DNA of 64,000 nucleotides from NCBI RefSeq assembly GCF_009834535.1, contig NC_045711.1:44144001-44208000 (forward strand), in the 5' to 3' direction. Below the pieces are notes generated by a model, which was not told where the DNA came from, did no database searches, and was given only the letters and a program-made list of their open reading frames with translations. Origin of the DNA: Camelus ferus (lineage: Eukaryota). Positions within the stretch are counted from its first letter, which is position 1; each line of letters begins with the position of its first letter. Position numbers and translations under genes: made by a program. Below, piece after piece: positions 48,361 to 58,990 of this stretch.

Positions 48361-48574
48361 CAATGTGGAGATTCTCACATAGTGTGAAACACAGAGATAA
48401 TGAGGCACCCCCCCTCCCTGCCTCCCAGAGCTCTCAAACTATCAGGGTAACAAGCCAGCTACCCAGATCATTGTCCTCAAGGCCAAGCACGAAGGGAAGG
48501 GTGCAATCCGAGAGGCACAGACTTTACGGAAGAAGTGGCCCGTTTTCAGGATGATCAGGCCTCCTGATGATGAC

Positions 48575-48780
48575 AAAGAGTAATAATGACACAAATTTAC
48601 TTGTGCTGATTCTCTTACCTATGAGACTGGGTACTATTCTTACTGCTGTTTTAAAGAAGAGGGCACCAAGGCACAGAAAGGCTAAGTAACATGTCCAAGG
48701 TCACACAGCTTGGAAGTGACAGGGCCTGGATGAGTTCCCAGGCAGGCTGGCTCCAGAGTTCACACTCTCAGGCAGCTCAC
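48575..48780 (-). mobile_element. MIR SINE
   Basis: 'aaggcacagaaaggctaagtaacatgtccaaggtcacacagct'. Confidence 0.8.
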
Positions 48781-49279
48781 TCTGTCACTTCTCACAGCAT
48801 TTCTTCCCAGGGACGGATTCCCGAGGAAGTGGCAGGAGACCTGGGGGAAATCACATGATGGCATCTGGGTGACCTTCCTCTCTTAATGGGGAAGTGACTA
48901 GCCCAGAAGGAGGGAACGGTCTGAAGGAACAGAGTTGTGCTCTCCTCCTCCCAGCTGAGCCCCCTCCCCTGCTGCCCCCTCCTCCTCCCCCTCCTCCGGT
49001 GATGCCGGTGAGACGCCAACCCCGCCAGTCCCTGAGGAGGCAAGCTTTGGACAGAAGAGAAGAACCTCCGTCCCTATGAGTGGCCCATTGTTCAAGGCAC
49101 TTTGGTGCCATGGTGATAGCAAATTACCTACAATGAACAATTCCGTAGAACCAGGTGTTTACTGGTCTCCATCCGTGTACCTGTGCGGATGGTATTGTTA
49201 GCAGGTGGGCTGGAGAGGAGCCAAGCTTTGGAGGGTGAGGTCTTACAGGTTGCTTGACCTGTCTGTCCTGCTCCAACTA

Positions 49280-49475
49280 TGTAATGAAGACAATGTGAGC
49301 TTTGGAATGGGGCAGCCTTGGACTGGAGTCCCACCACGCCCCTTGGTAGCTGTGTGACCTTGAGTAAATACCTAACGTCTCTGAGCATCCCATCTGTAAA
49401 GTGGGGTACCAACAGTCCATGCAGAATCCTGTGAGGATTAAAGGAGACAGTGTATGTAAAGTAGCTCGTGTGACA
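49280..49475 (+). mobile_element. MIR SINE
   Basis: 'tagctgtgtgaccttgagtaaatacctaacgtctctgagcatcccatctgtaaagtgggg...tgtgaggattaaaggaga..gtgtatgtaaag'. Confidence 0.85.
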
Positions 49476-49999
49476 CCCAAGTCACTCTAAAAACAAATAG
49501 ATCTTGACCACCGTGAGAATCAGTAATGCAATAGAATGTAGGTCACTTAAAAGATCCAAAGGTCAGAAGTTAAAGTGGGAAAGAGACTAAATTGTGATGC
49601 TCGTGAACAAGTACCCAGTATTACGACAAATGCTTTTTAGGCATTTTCTCGTTTTACCCTTTCAGCAATGAGCAACAGTGTACTCATTTCACAGATGAAG
49701 AAGCTAAGGATTACAGAAGCTCCGGGTCTTTCCCTACAGAAATGGCACTTTCTCGACTCCTCCTTTTCTTGGACCAGTTCAAAGGTCCCAGAAGCACTTG
49801 CTAATTTTGCATAGAGTTGACTTCCGGTTCTATTCCATCCCTAGTCCCTGCAATCTGGAAACGGGTTCTGCACTGATCACTTCATCTGTTCTGGTACATC
49901 AGCCACTGCCCTGTGGGTCTCCAAGAGAGCCCCTCCCACTCCCCGACCACCAAGTCTTCATCCCAGCCCTGTTTTATATCCACCCATGGGGGCCCCGCT

Positions 50000-50330
50000 G
50001 ACATCTCAGATGCTACGTGACCAAAAGCAACTCCTCCCACCGCTAAACCTCCTTTTTCTGATTCCCTGTTTCTGTGAATAAAATCTCCTGATCCCCCAGA
50101 AGGGCTATCTTGGGTGTCTCTAATTCTTTTCTCTCCCTGAACATGCCCCCATTCTATCCCCAACACGATGCTCCGATTAGAACCCTTAAACACACTTTGA
50201 AAGTGGCCCAGCTATCTTCAGCAACTCCCCACTGTTATCCCAAAAGTCTCAGTGCTGTCTCCTGCCATTGGAAGCTTATAAAATCTGATCTCAATCTATT
50301 TATTTCTTCCTATCATGTGTGTCACAGCAA
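50000..50330 (+). mobile_element. L2 fragment
   Basis: Pyrimidine-rich L2-like stretch 'tctaattcttttctctccctgaacatgcccc...'. Confidence 0.45.
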
Positions 50331-50424
50331 AATAGGTAACTTAAAGCTCCCACAATGTATCTTACGTGTGATAAACACCGTCAGTGTCAAAAGCACTTTG
50401 CATACATTGTCTTATTAATTCCTG

Positions 50425-50578
50425 TGAAGCAGATGAAGTGTAACCCCTATAGTTGCACAGGGTCCTGGGCTCAGCAGGATCTCATGCTATCACTGTGTTG
50501 AAATTTTTAATAATTTTTGAGTGGGGACCTTGCATGTTCATTGCGCCCTGAAACCTGCAAACTGTGCAGCTGGTTCTG
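50425..50578 (+). mobile_element. MER91 (hAT-Tip100 MITE) nested in a MIR
   Basis: 'gttgcacagggtcctgggctcag...gttgaaatttttaataatttttgag.ggggaccttgcat...aaactgtgcagctggttctg'; MIR halves lie on both sides. Confidence 0.75.
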
Positions 50579-51199
50579 AAAGTACGTGCAGTTGCATCCC
50601 CATTTTACAGATGTTTAAAACGAGGTCACACAGCAAATAAGCCCAGGATCTCTTGCCAAAAGTCATGCTGCACTGAGGACCTACTAGGCGGCAGAGGTCT
50701 GCTAAGTGCTTCTCCCATGCTATGCATTCAAGTCCCCTCCCTTCATCCTCACACAGACCTTGCCCAAGTGGGTGGCATTTCCCGACTTTCTCACAATCGC
50801 AAAGCGTGTTAAGCAGCAGAGCCAGGATTCCGCTCCGGGTCTGCCTGACTTCCAGCCCACAGCCCTTCCCGCTCTGCTGTTCAGATTAAAAACGGTGGCC
50901 CCGCCAGGCCAGAGGGGGTTCTAGCCACTGGGGAGCCCCGCACGGTGGGGGGGGGGCAGAGACTCCGCGGAGACCTCTACAAATAAAGCCCGCCTGCACT
51001 GTGTTCTGAGACCTGCTTCTGCCTCCTTCCTCGTCTGAAAAGCTGTTGCCATCTCCGAAAGCAGCCTCTCCCCACGGGGATGTGGCTGCAGCTCTTCCAT
51101 GCGCTACAAGGGAGGAAGAGAACAGATTGCTAGAGCAATTAAATATCACATGGGAAGCCCAGAGAGAGGCGGGTGGGGAGAGGAGAGGCCGTTTCTTAA

Positions 51200-51390
51200 G
51201 GGCCTGCCTCTATATTTAGCCTGAAAAATCTCAATCTCTAGCCCTTCCAGGGGGGGCAGGTAGAGGTAAGAGCAGAGATGGGGGGCTTCAGCGCCATCAG
51301 ACTTCAGTACCAGGAAGTGCCCCCCTCCCCGCCCCTGGCCAGGGAGCAGCCATCAGCTCCGTGCCTTACAGGGGCTCACCAGATGGCAGG
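51200..51390. promoter_or_regulatory. Candidate enhancer/promoter: MEF2, ETS, GC box, E-box/CTCF-like motif
   Basis: CTATATTTAG (51210-51219), caggaagtg (~51311-51319), ccccgcccc (~51327-51335), TCACCAGATGGCAG (51376-51389) in non-repeat DNA. Confidence 0.4.
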
Positions 51391-51669
51391 ACAGGAAACC
51401 CCAACCAGAAAACAAATCGTGCAAACCGCAGGACAGCCTGTCTAGGTGAAATCTGGCAAGACGATTCTGCAGGGACGTGCAATCAACCGTGGGGAGCTGG
51501 CCCGGCCCACGGGGTACCAACCTCGCTCAGGATGGAGGAGGCATGATGGATGATGATATATGGTCAGCCCTGGGTTTCAGCCCCACTCATGGAAGGGGCC
51601 TCCTCCCTGTCCCTTTCTTCATCCTGGAGTCATTGCCCCCAAGTCAGGCCGTGCGGTGGGTGCACAGAC

Positions 51670-51833
51670 TCCCTACTCTGTGTACCCATGTGCTTTAAAA
51701 GGGCTTCTACAAATACGGAAGCCAGGGCCCCACTCCTAGAGACGGTGATTCACTCCAGAGTGGGGCTCAGACATCTGTGTTTATGTAAAGCTCTCCAGGT
51801 AATTCTGAGCACAGCCAGCTGAAAAACAACTGG
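51670..51833. mobile_element. MER5A (hAT-Charlie MITE)
   Basis: 'gggccccactcctagagacggtgattca...gtggggctcagacatctgtgttt..aaagctctccaggtaattctga...aaaacaactg'. Confidence 0.85.
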
Positions 51834-51854
51834 CAGGTATAATGGGCAGGAAGT

Positions 51855-52010
51855 GCATTTGGGACTTCTGGCTTTATATTCTAGTCTAGTTTGGGTCCTT
51901 TACTTTTCAAGGGACTTTGAATTAGTGTATGTGTAACCTGGAGCCTCAGTTTCCCCATCTGTAAATGGGCATGAAATCCTCAGTTCCATAGTCTGTGCTC
52001 AATAAGTGTT
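51855..52010 (+). mobile_element. MIR SINE
   Basis: 'ggagcctcagtttccccatctgtaaatggg...gtgctcaataagtgtt'. Confidence 0.8.
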
Positions 52011-52131
52011 GTGGACCAACCGCATGGATGAACGGACGGATGGATGATGGACAGATGATGTCAGGAGATGGGTAAGCGCATCCTCAAACAGTAGGGTTCA
52101 TTCTTTCAGGTACTCAGAGATCACTGCTTAT

Positions 52132-52545
52132 CTTAGGTCAGGCTGTCCCAGAAGCAAATGCGAACACAGGAATGAAGTGGTCTGTTTGTGAGGTGGTCCC
52201 AAGAAGCCTCAGCAGAGATGGGAGGTGAGAACAGGAGAGGGAAGCAGCATTAGAAGGTACATCAATGAGCCCATGACCTCTGTGGACAACTGAGGCTCAG
52301 TCTCAGTGGGATCTCTGGGAAACTGCGCAAAACACGCTGGGGCATTTATCCCCCAACTCTCATCATCAATAGCTGAGGGCTTCTCCCAGGGGACGTGAGC
52401 TCTGCCCTGTCCTGCTTGTGGGCTGAGAGAAAGTCGCCAGTGGAGAGCTGGAGAGCCACAGGTGTTGGCTGTAAGATACCATCAGCAGCTAGTGCCATGG
52501 TGGGCACCAAGGGGCGTGGGTGAGACCACCAAAAACATCCGCCCC
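52132..52545 (-). mobile_element. ERVL solo LTR (LTR33-like)
   Basis: 'cttaggtcaggctgtcccagaagca...gaggtggtcccaagaagc...ggacaactgaggctcagtc...ggggcatttatcccccaactc...aacatccgccccac'. Confidence 0.75.
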
Positions 52546-52736
52546 ACTGCTCTGCTGCGAAGCACCCTCCTGTGTGGAGCTGGGGAGGGGAGGGAGGCAG
52601 GAAAGGAAAGACCCACTGGTGACCAGTGGCCCAAGTTCCCTTGCACCACACAGCTGCTGGTACCACAAGGGTCTAGTGATGCCAAGTCCTGTTTATCTCA
52701 GCCTCGCCTGTTTGCTCAGCAGTTCTGCGGATGGAT

Positions 52737-52966
52737 CAGTGTTGCTCAACTCTGGCACTTTTGACATTTTGGGCTGTTAATTCCTTGTCATGGGAATCAT
52801 AGAATGATTCCCATGATCCTGCCACGGATCATAGAATGTTAACAGCATCCCTTGTCTCCACCCCGTGGTGACGATAGCATCTCCCATGATGACAACTCAG
52901 CTTTTCTGCAGACATTGTCCAATGTTCCCCCTGGGTGGCAAAGCTGCCCCCAGTGGAGAACCACTA
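52737..52966 (-). mobile_element. MER20 (hAT-Charlie) with an internal palindromic rearrangement
   Basis: 'cagtgttgctcaactctggcacttttgacattttgggc...cagacattgtccaatgttccccctggg..gcaaa...gagaaccact'. Confidence 0.9.
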
Positions 52967-53574
52967 GGGTAGAGGAGTGCATTTCCTCTTCTCCTCAAAC
53001 TTGGCAATTTCTCCACTCAGACTTTCTGAGCTCTGGTTTCATCCTGACCCGACCCCGGCTCTGCTACATCTCTATTCAGATGGAAGCTGTGCTGGGAACA
53101 TATCTCAGAGACAGGTGGAGCCAGAACCCAGCTGTGAAACATGCTGCCCCCCTGCTGAGCTGAGAGCCTGGAGCTCAAGGTAGGGAAAATTAAACAGTGC
53201 TGATGGCATCCGCATCGCAGTTGGGTTGCAGGGACCACACAAGGAAGGAAAGTCGGGCAGCTTCTGGCTGAGCAGCCCACACAGCCATTGGTCCCAGAGG
53301 CTGACAACACTGCATCATCAAACCAACCTGAAGACAGCCCCCGGGGGTGCAGAGGGCTGACCCAGCTTGGGTACTGATGAAGTGTCCTAAGTGCTCAGTG
53401 AGGCTCTGTGCATCTCCTGAAGTTATAAGGGAAGCAAGTACAGAGCCAGCCAGGAAAGGAGCCCAGGCTGGCAAACTTCAAATCAAATGTCCTTTCCATT
53501 ACAACAGCTAGCATCCTGCTGAGAAGGGAGGGCCTGAGACCCCCTCCCCCAACAGGCCAGGAGCAGTGCTCAGA

Positions 53575-53785
53575 GTACTGTACAGCACAGGGAACTATAT
53601 TCAAAACCTTGCAATAGCCTATAACGAAAAAGAATATGAAAAGGAACATACATATGTATGTATAACTGAATCACTGTGTTGTACACCAGAAATTAACACA
53701 ACATTGTAAATCGACTAAACTTCAATTAAAAAAAAGAAGTTAAACACCAAAAAAAAAAAAAAAAGAAAGAAAGAAAAAGAATAAA
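53575..53785 (+). mobile_element. 5'-truncated lineage-specific L1 3' UTR with a compound tail
   Basis: 'gtactgtacagcacagggaactatattcaa...gtataactgaatcact...tgtacaccagaaattaacacaacattgtaaatcgact..acttcaattaaaa'. Confidence 0.9.
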
Positions 53786-54814
53786 CCCCAGGCATCCTGA
53801 GCCACTCGTGCTGACAGCCAACTCACTAGCCCTCAGTCCTCCAAGGATGTAGCCAGCCTCCCTCTGGCTCACCTATTGTCAGTCAAGTCTGAGAAGCCAA
53901 GCTTGGGCACGTAGGCTTTAGTTTCTCCCCTGGTCTGCCCCCTCCACTCCCTTTCCTTTATGCTTCCCTCCAGGACGCCCGTGCAACATGCACACCACTC
54001 AAAGGGCACACTGTGGCATCCAGTCCTCTGGCAGAAATGATTCACAGCCAAATCCAGCAGCCGGCTGAGCACAGAGATGTGCAGTGAGGCTCCAAGCCTG
54101 CTGTGCTGTCAGCACCCCCACTCCTCCTGCCTTTGTCTCCTGGTTGGACCGTGCAGCAGCCGACCTGGTCTAAACAAGATGAAGCACCGAGCAGGAGCAG
54201 AGAAACCTCTGTCCCTGGGCCCGGCCCCTACTGCAATCTTCAGGAGGCCTGAGCAGAGATGCTTGGCACCTGGGGAAAAGCTCTGGCCAGTCCAAGGGCT
54301 GCAAGAAGTATGTTTCACACACATGTGCTTGCACACACACGCTTACACACCTGCCCACACACACGCACACACTCATCACATACACATACATACACACTGA
54401 AACCAGCTGCAAAAAGTGGCAGTTTTGTGCGTTCCTGTCCCTGTCCTGCCACTTACATGTATAATTAAAATTCCCCTGGGAGACAGGAGACATGAGGAGG
54501 AAGCAAGGGACCCCACTGGCTGGAATTAACTGTCTAGAAATGCAAGCTTGGGTGGAGACATGCCTACAGAGATGCAAGGACACAAAAGCATAAGCAGAAA
54601 TTAAAAAGTTGTCTGTCTGTGAATCTACCTGTCTCATCTGTATGAATCAAAAAATCACGTTCTACAGAGATTAAGGGGCTCTGATAACACAACACAGTGC
54701 TAGAATTCAGACGAGGGGTCTTCAGACCCAGACCTGGCTGTGGATTTAGAGCAATCTGCACCCACAGTTTAATCAGGAGACGGGGAAGGGATGGGAATTC
54801 TTGGCCTGTCTTCA

Positions 54815-55045
54815 TGTAATATATATAATATACAATTATATAAATATAATTATAGAAATTATGTGATATATATATAATTATAGAAATTATATCATATACA
54901 AATTATTAACAACAAATTAATATTTAATATTAACAATAAATTACAGTTTAACAAGAAATTATTATTTAATAATATTATTTCAATAAATTATTTAATAATA
55001 AATAAGTCATTTATATACATTACAAAATAATACAACATATCATGA
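54815..55045. repeat. AT-rich low-complexity tract
   Basis: Almost entirely A/T; internal direct repeat tataattatagaaattat x2. Confidence 0.85.
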
Positions 55046-57358
55046 TAACCAGGCTTGCGGCACTCAGAATTACCAAATGCTTTCACAGCCACCATCTCAT
55101 ATGATCTTCATAACCATACGGGGAGGGTACAGATGAGGAAACTGGGGCTCAAAAGGTTGAGTAATGCCAGACACTATAAACTTCAAGCGATAGATTTGCA
55201 AATGTGAAGCTAATATTATCATCATTGTCATCAGCACTATACCCTCTATTGCCAACCAGACAACGAGAGACCTTAAGGGAAGAGAGCCATGCCTTATCCA
55301 TGCGTGATTCAGGCCCCAACCAACAACTTGATGTAGAGAAGATGGATACACACCGGAGGATGGGTTCATTTACACAGTAGAAACCCAGCAGGAGGGAGCA
55401 AAAAGTAGTCATATCCTGTCCTTTGATGGGCTCTCAACTCTCCAAGAGTAATTTCTTATTCTTTAGAAACCAAATAAAACTAACCAATTGATACTGCAGG
55501 AGCTCCAGGTATCTCCAAGTTCAAAATAATACTCTCTAAGTCTGTCACATCGGGCTGGTCCAGCCTTTGTGGTTCCCAAATAGATGGCATGATTTCATGA
55601 GCGCCAGAAAGCATTCTCTTTCCGGGAAAAAAAGAAATCTCCTTTATTGTCTGAAATTTACTCCTTCCATTCTATCAAGCAAAGGCAGTAAAAAGTTCCA
55701 CGAGATGTATGTGATCGGCCCATCACACTTTACCAAATTTTAGTTTATAAGACCAGCTCCTGTCTCACAGCTGATCTCAAAGAAGGGAACACAGGTCAGT
55801 TTTGGTAAGGGGCAAGCATGTTAACAGCAGAAAGTCTTAGGTATCATAACATTGCATGGGGTTTGGGACGCCCCCTCACTATAGACAGTAAAAGGGCCCT
55901 AGCCAGATAGAGCCAAAGAAAAGGAGACTAGAGACAACCCTTGTGAAACTCCTTCCATCTCGGAGTCAGAATTTCCTTCTACACAAATTAGGAGTTGAGC
56001 TTGGCGAGGAATGGTCCAGCAGAGCTAACCCAGGTTACATGGCCGGCATCTGAGTGATGACTGGGGCCAGCCCTGGACGTGACTCACCCCCAGAGAGAGG
56101 AGGACTCTCATGTCCAAGAGAAGGATGTTCTGAACCTCTGTCATCCCCTCTCTGGCTTAGCCAGTGAAGTTTCTGGGCTTGAAGACCTTCCCAGCAGAGA
56201 CGGAGGTAGGACACACACAGATCAGCACTGAGTTGGAGTTCCAGTCCCAGAGCTGCCAAAGGAGGGCCAGAGGTTGCTCAATTTACGGGGTCAGAAGCAG
56301 ATATCAAATGCCAAGGATCCAGGACCCCGATAAGGGGCAAGCGCCAGCTAGTCAAGTCATCAATGTGGGTGCTACGGTCCTCAGCCTTCAGGTGGCCACG
56401 GTGGGGGTCAGGGTGACAAGAGTGGAGAGCTGTGCTTAAAGAGTCCTGGCAGGATGGCCAAGCCACAGCACTTGCTGTAGAAGCAGACCCAGACTTGGGG
56501 CCATTAGGCACTTTTCTGTGCTGCCCAGCAGGACAGGGATGCAAATTCTAGAATGAAGCGGGAGCGCTCTGATTTTCAGTTACTATGTTCATGCCAAATG
56601 GAGCTCTGCTGGCTCTCCCTCCACTCCAGGGTGTATTTGACTTTGCATCATGCGGGCTCCTAAACATACAGACACAGAGCATTGGCTCAGCCCTGCTCAC
56701 TCATCCGACCAGGCTGCCACAGGGCGTGAGCCGCAGCCCAGCGTTTACACACAGGCTTATGAAAGCAAGTAAGATTTGGTCTGGATTGCAGATAGGCCCT
56801 CCTTCCGGTAACATCTGTGCTGTAATCATGGGGGCGCTGCCTACGGAGCACGCACCTGCCACCAAAATAGGGCCCTCTGGGCTGCACTGAGCCTCAGAGT
56901 TACCTTACCAGGCCCTGGGCCCCAGAGATCTGTAAATGCTTGTTTAAGACAAGGAACATTTTCATGCATCATCCTGCTACCTGGTTCGGGGAAGGAAAGC
57001 TCTGATTTCCCCCTGCAGAGACAGGTACTGCAATTTCCCAAGATCTTCTCTCAACTCTCTCAATCTTCCTGCCTTCAGTTTCCCCATCTGAAAAATGGGC
57101 AGATTCCATGGGATGCCTGCAAATGTTGCTTCCTCCTCAGACATCTTGGGCTCCCTGGGAAGCACTGGGAAGTGGGGAGCATCCTGGGTTGGGAGTCAGG
57201 AGCCCTGCAGTCCAGTCCCCAACTGCCCCCTCCCACAGTGAGTGATCTTGAGGAGTCCCTTTCCAATTCCGGAGTGTCAGTATCTCCAGCAGCAAAGTGA
57301 GGGAGCAAATTCAATGATCTCTGAGCTTTCTTGTCTCATGTGCTTTTCTCCAGCAGCC

Positions 57359-57360
<2 letters not shown>

Positions 57361-57412
<52 letters not shown>
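57361..57412. repeat. (TG)n microsatellite, 26 units
   Basis: Perfect dinucleotide run. Confidence 0.98.
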
Positions 57413-57415
<3 letters not shown>

Positions 57416-57699
57416 GAGTGAGTGAGTTAGCCACTTCAGCTGTCTATGCCTGCTGGCCCCTGCCTCTCCGTGTGCCTGCACCCCTCTCCTTGGGGAGCCA
57501 GCTCCTGCGGCATGCCATCTTGGTGGGAGTGCCCATCAATGCAGCCTTCCCAACAGGTGGGTAGGAGGCTCGTGCAAGCACAGGCAGCTTCTCTTTTCCT
57601 AGAAGCTGACTTAAATCGAGTGCTTTTTGACAGAAAGATTGCAGCCCGTCCATCCACAGAGCCCAGCCGTGAAGAGTCTGCCCATGAATTCCTCCCTCC

Positions 57700-58135
57700 T
57701 TCCTGGATCCTTGGAGGTTCCTGATGCCTCTCCTTCCTGAGGCCACCTTTTTAAGCCTTCATGCTGATTTTGTGGGTTGCCTTGTATCCACCCACTCATT
57801 TGTGTGCGTAATTCCTGTAAGTTCAGCTCAAATGTCACCTTCTCAATGAATCCTTTCTTGGCCTCTCTATTTCTAATTGCAGCCTCTCCAGCGTTGCCTG
57901 TCCTCTTGTCTGACTTCATTTTTCCTCTATCGGACTTTGCCTCCTTTTTTTAATGGGACTGTCTAACTGACTTCTATCCAATGTGCCTTGGTCCTCCCTC
58001 TTCACTAGAGCACGAGCTCCCTGAGGGCAGGCATTTGTGTCTGCTTTGCTAGCTGCTGTTCACTCAGTGTTCCGAACAGTGTCTGGCATGGCAGGTACCC
58101 ACTAAACACTGGTTCAATGAATGAATGAATGTATG
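57700..58135 (+). mobile_element. L2 3' end including the tail
   Basis: 'ttcagctcaaatgtcaccttctcaatgaatcctttc...cactagagcacgagctccctgagggcagg...gttcaatgaatgaatgaatg'. Confidence 0.9.
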
Positions 58136-58599
58136 AACTGATGCTTGCAAGTTAACCGCAGTCGGTCTTGGCTCTAACTCTAATATTGTCTTCCTGTTCC
58201 CCCCTCTGGATTCTTGCCCTGTCCCTGCCTGGAGGGTCCTTTGCTGTTGAAGAGCACGAGAAGCCTGAACAAAATCAGGAAACACAGTCCATATAATGGG
58301 GGGATCTTAAGCAGAGATCCCAGCCCAGACCTCCTCCAGGCAGTGCAGCTCACTCTCCTCCCCCGAGCAACCTCGCCTCCCCTTTCAACCCCGGGTCCCG
58401 AACCAGCCTCTGGAATCTGAACCACTTTCATTTAAAACAGCTTCAAAGTCCTGATCTGCTTGCTAAGAAAGTCAGAGTCAAAGAAGAGAAAAGGAAAAAA
58501 TGCAGACAGGTCTCAGTGGGCCAGAACTCGAAAATCAATTTGATACACCAATTTTTTGGACTTAATAACTCATGCTCTGGTGGAATCCAGGTCATAAAT

Positions 58600-58990
58600 A
58601 GTAAAGAGAGTTGCAGGCAAGCCCACCAAAATCCATCTGACTCAGCTGGAGCCCTTGATCCCATCTTTCTGCTCTGGTCCCATCAATCATTTCCTCTCCC
58701 ACGTGCCCCATCTCTGTGGCAAGGGCCCTGCATCACTGCCTTCTCAAGCTCTGCCTCAACATCTGTCTGACTCTTCCTTCTCAGTATCTCCCCTCTGCCC
58801 CTTCATCCTCCCTCAAGGCCCCATCCTTAGCCCTCTGGGCTTCCCCTCCACATTTCATCCTCAGGGATTCCATCCTTTCCCTTGATGTAAATCAAGTTGA
58901 AGTTTTCCCCAAATCCTTCTCTTCAACTCCCAAATTTCTACCTATCTGATGGCCACCACTACCTGAAATCCCCTTGGCTCTCTGCCAGCC
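58600..58990 (+). mobile_element. L2 fragment
   Basis: 'ccttgatcccatctttc...catcaatcatttcctctccc...tccttctcttcaactccc' is an L2 ORF2-like pyrimidine-rich segment. Confidence 0.5.
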
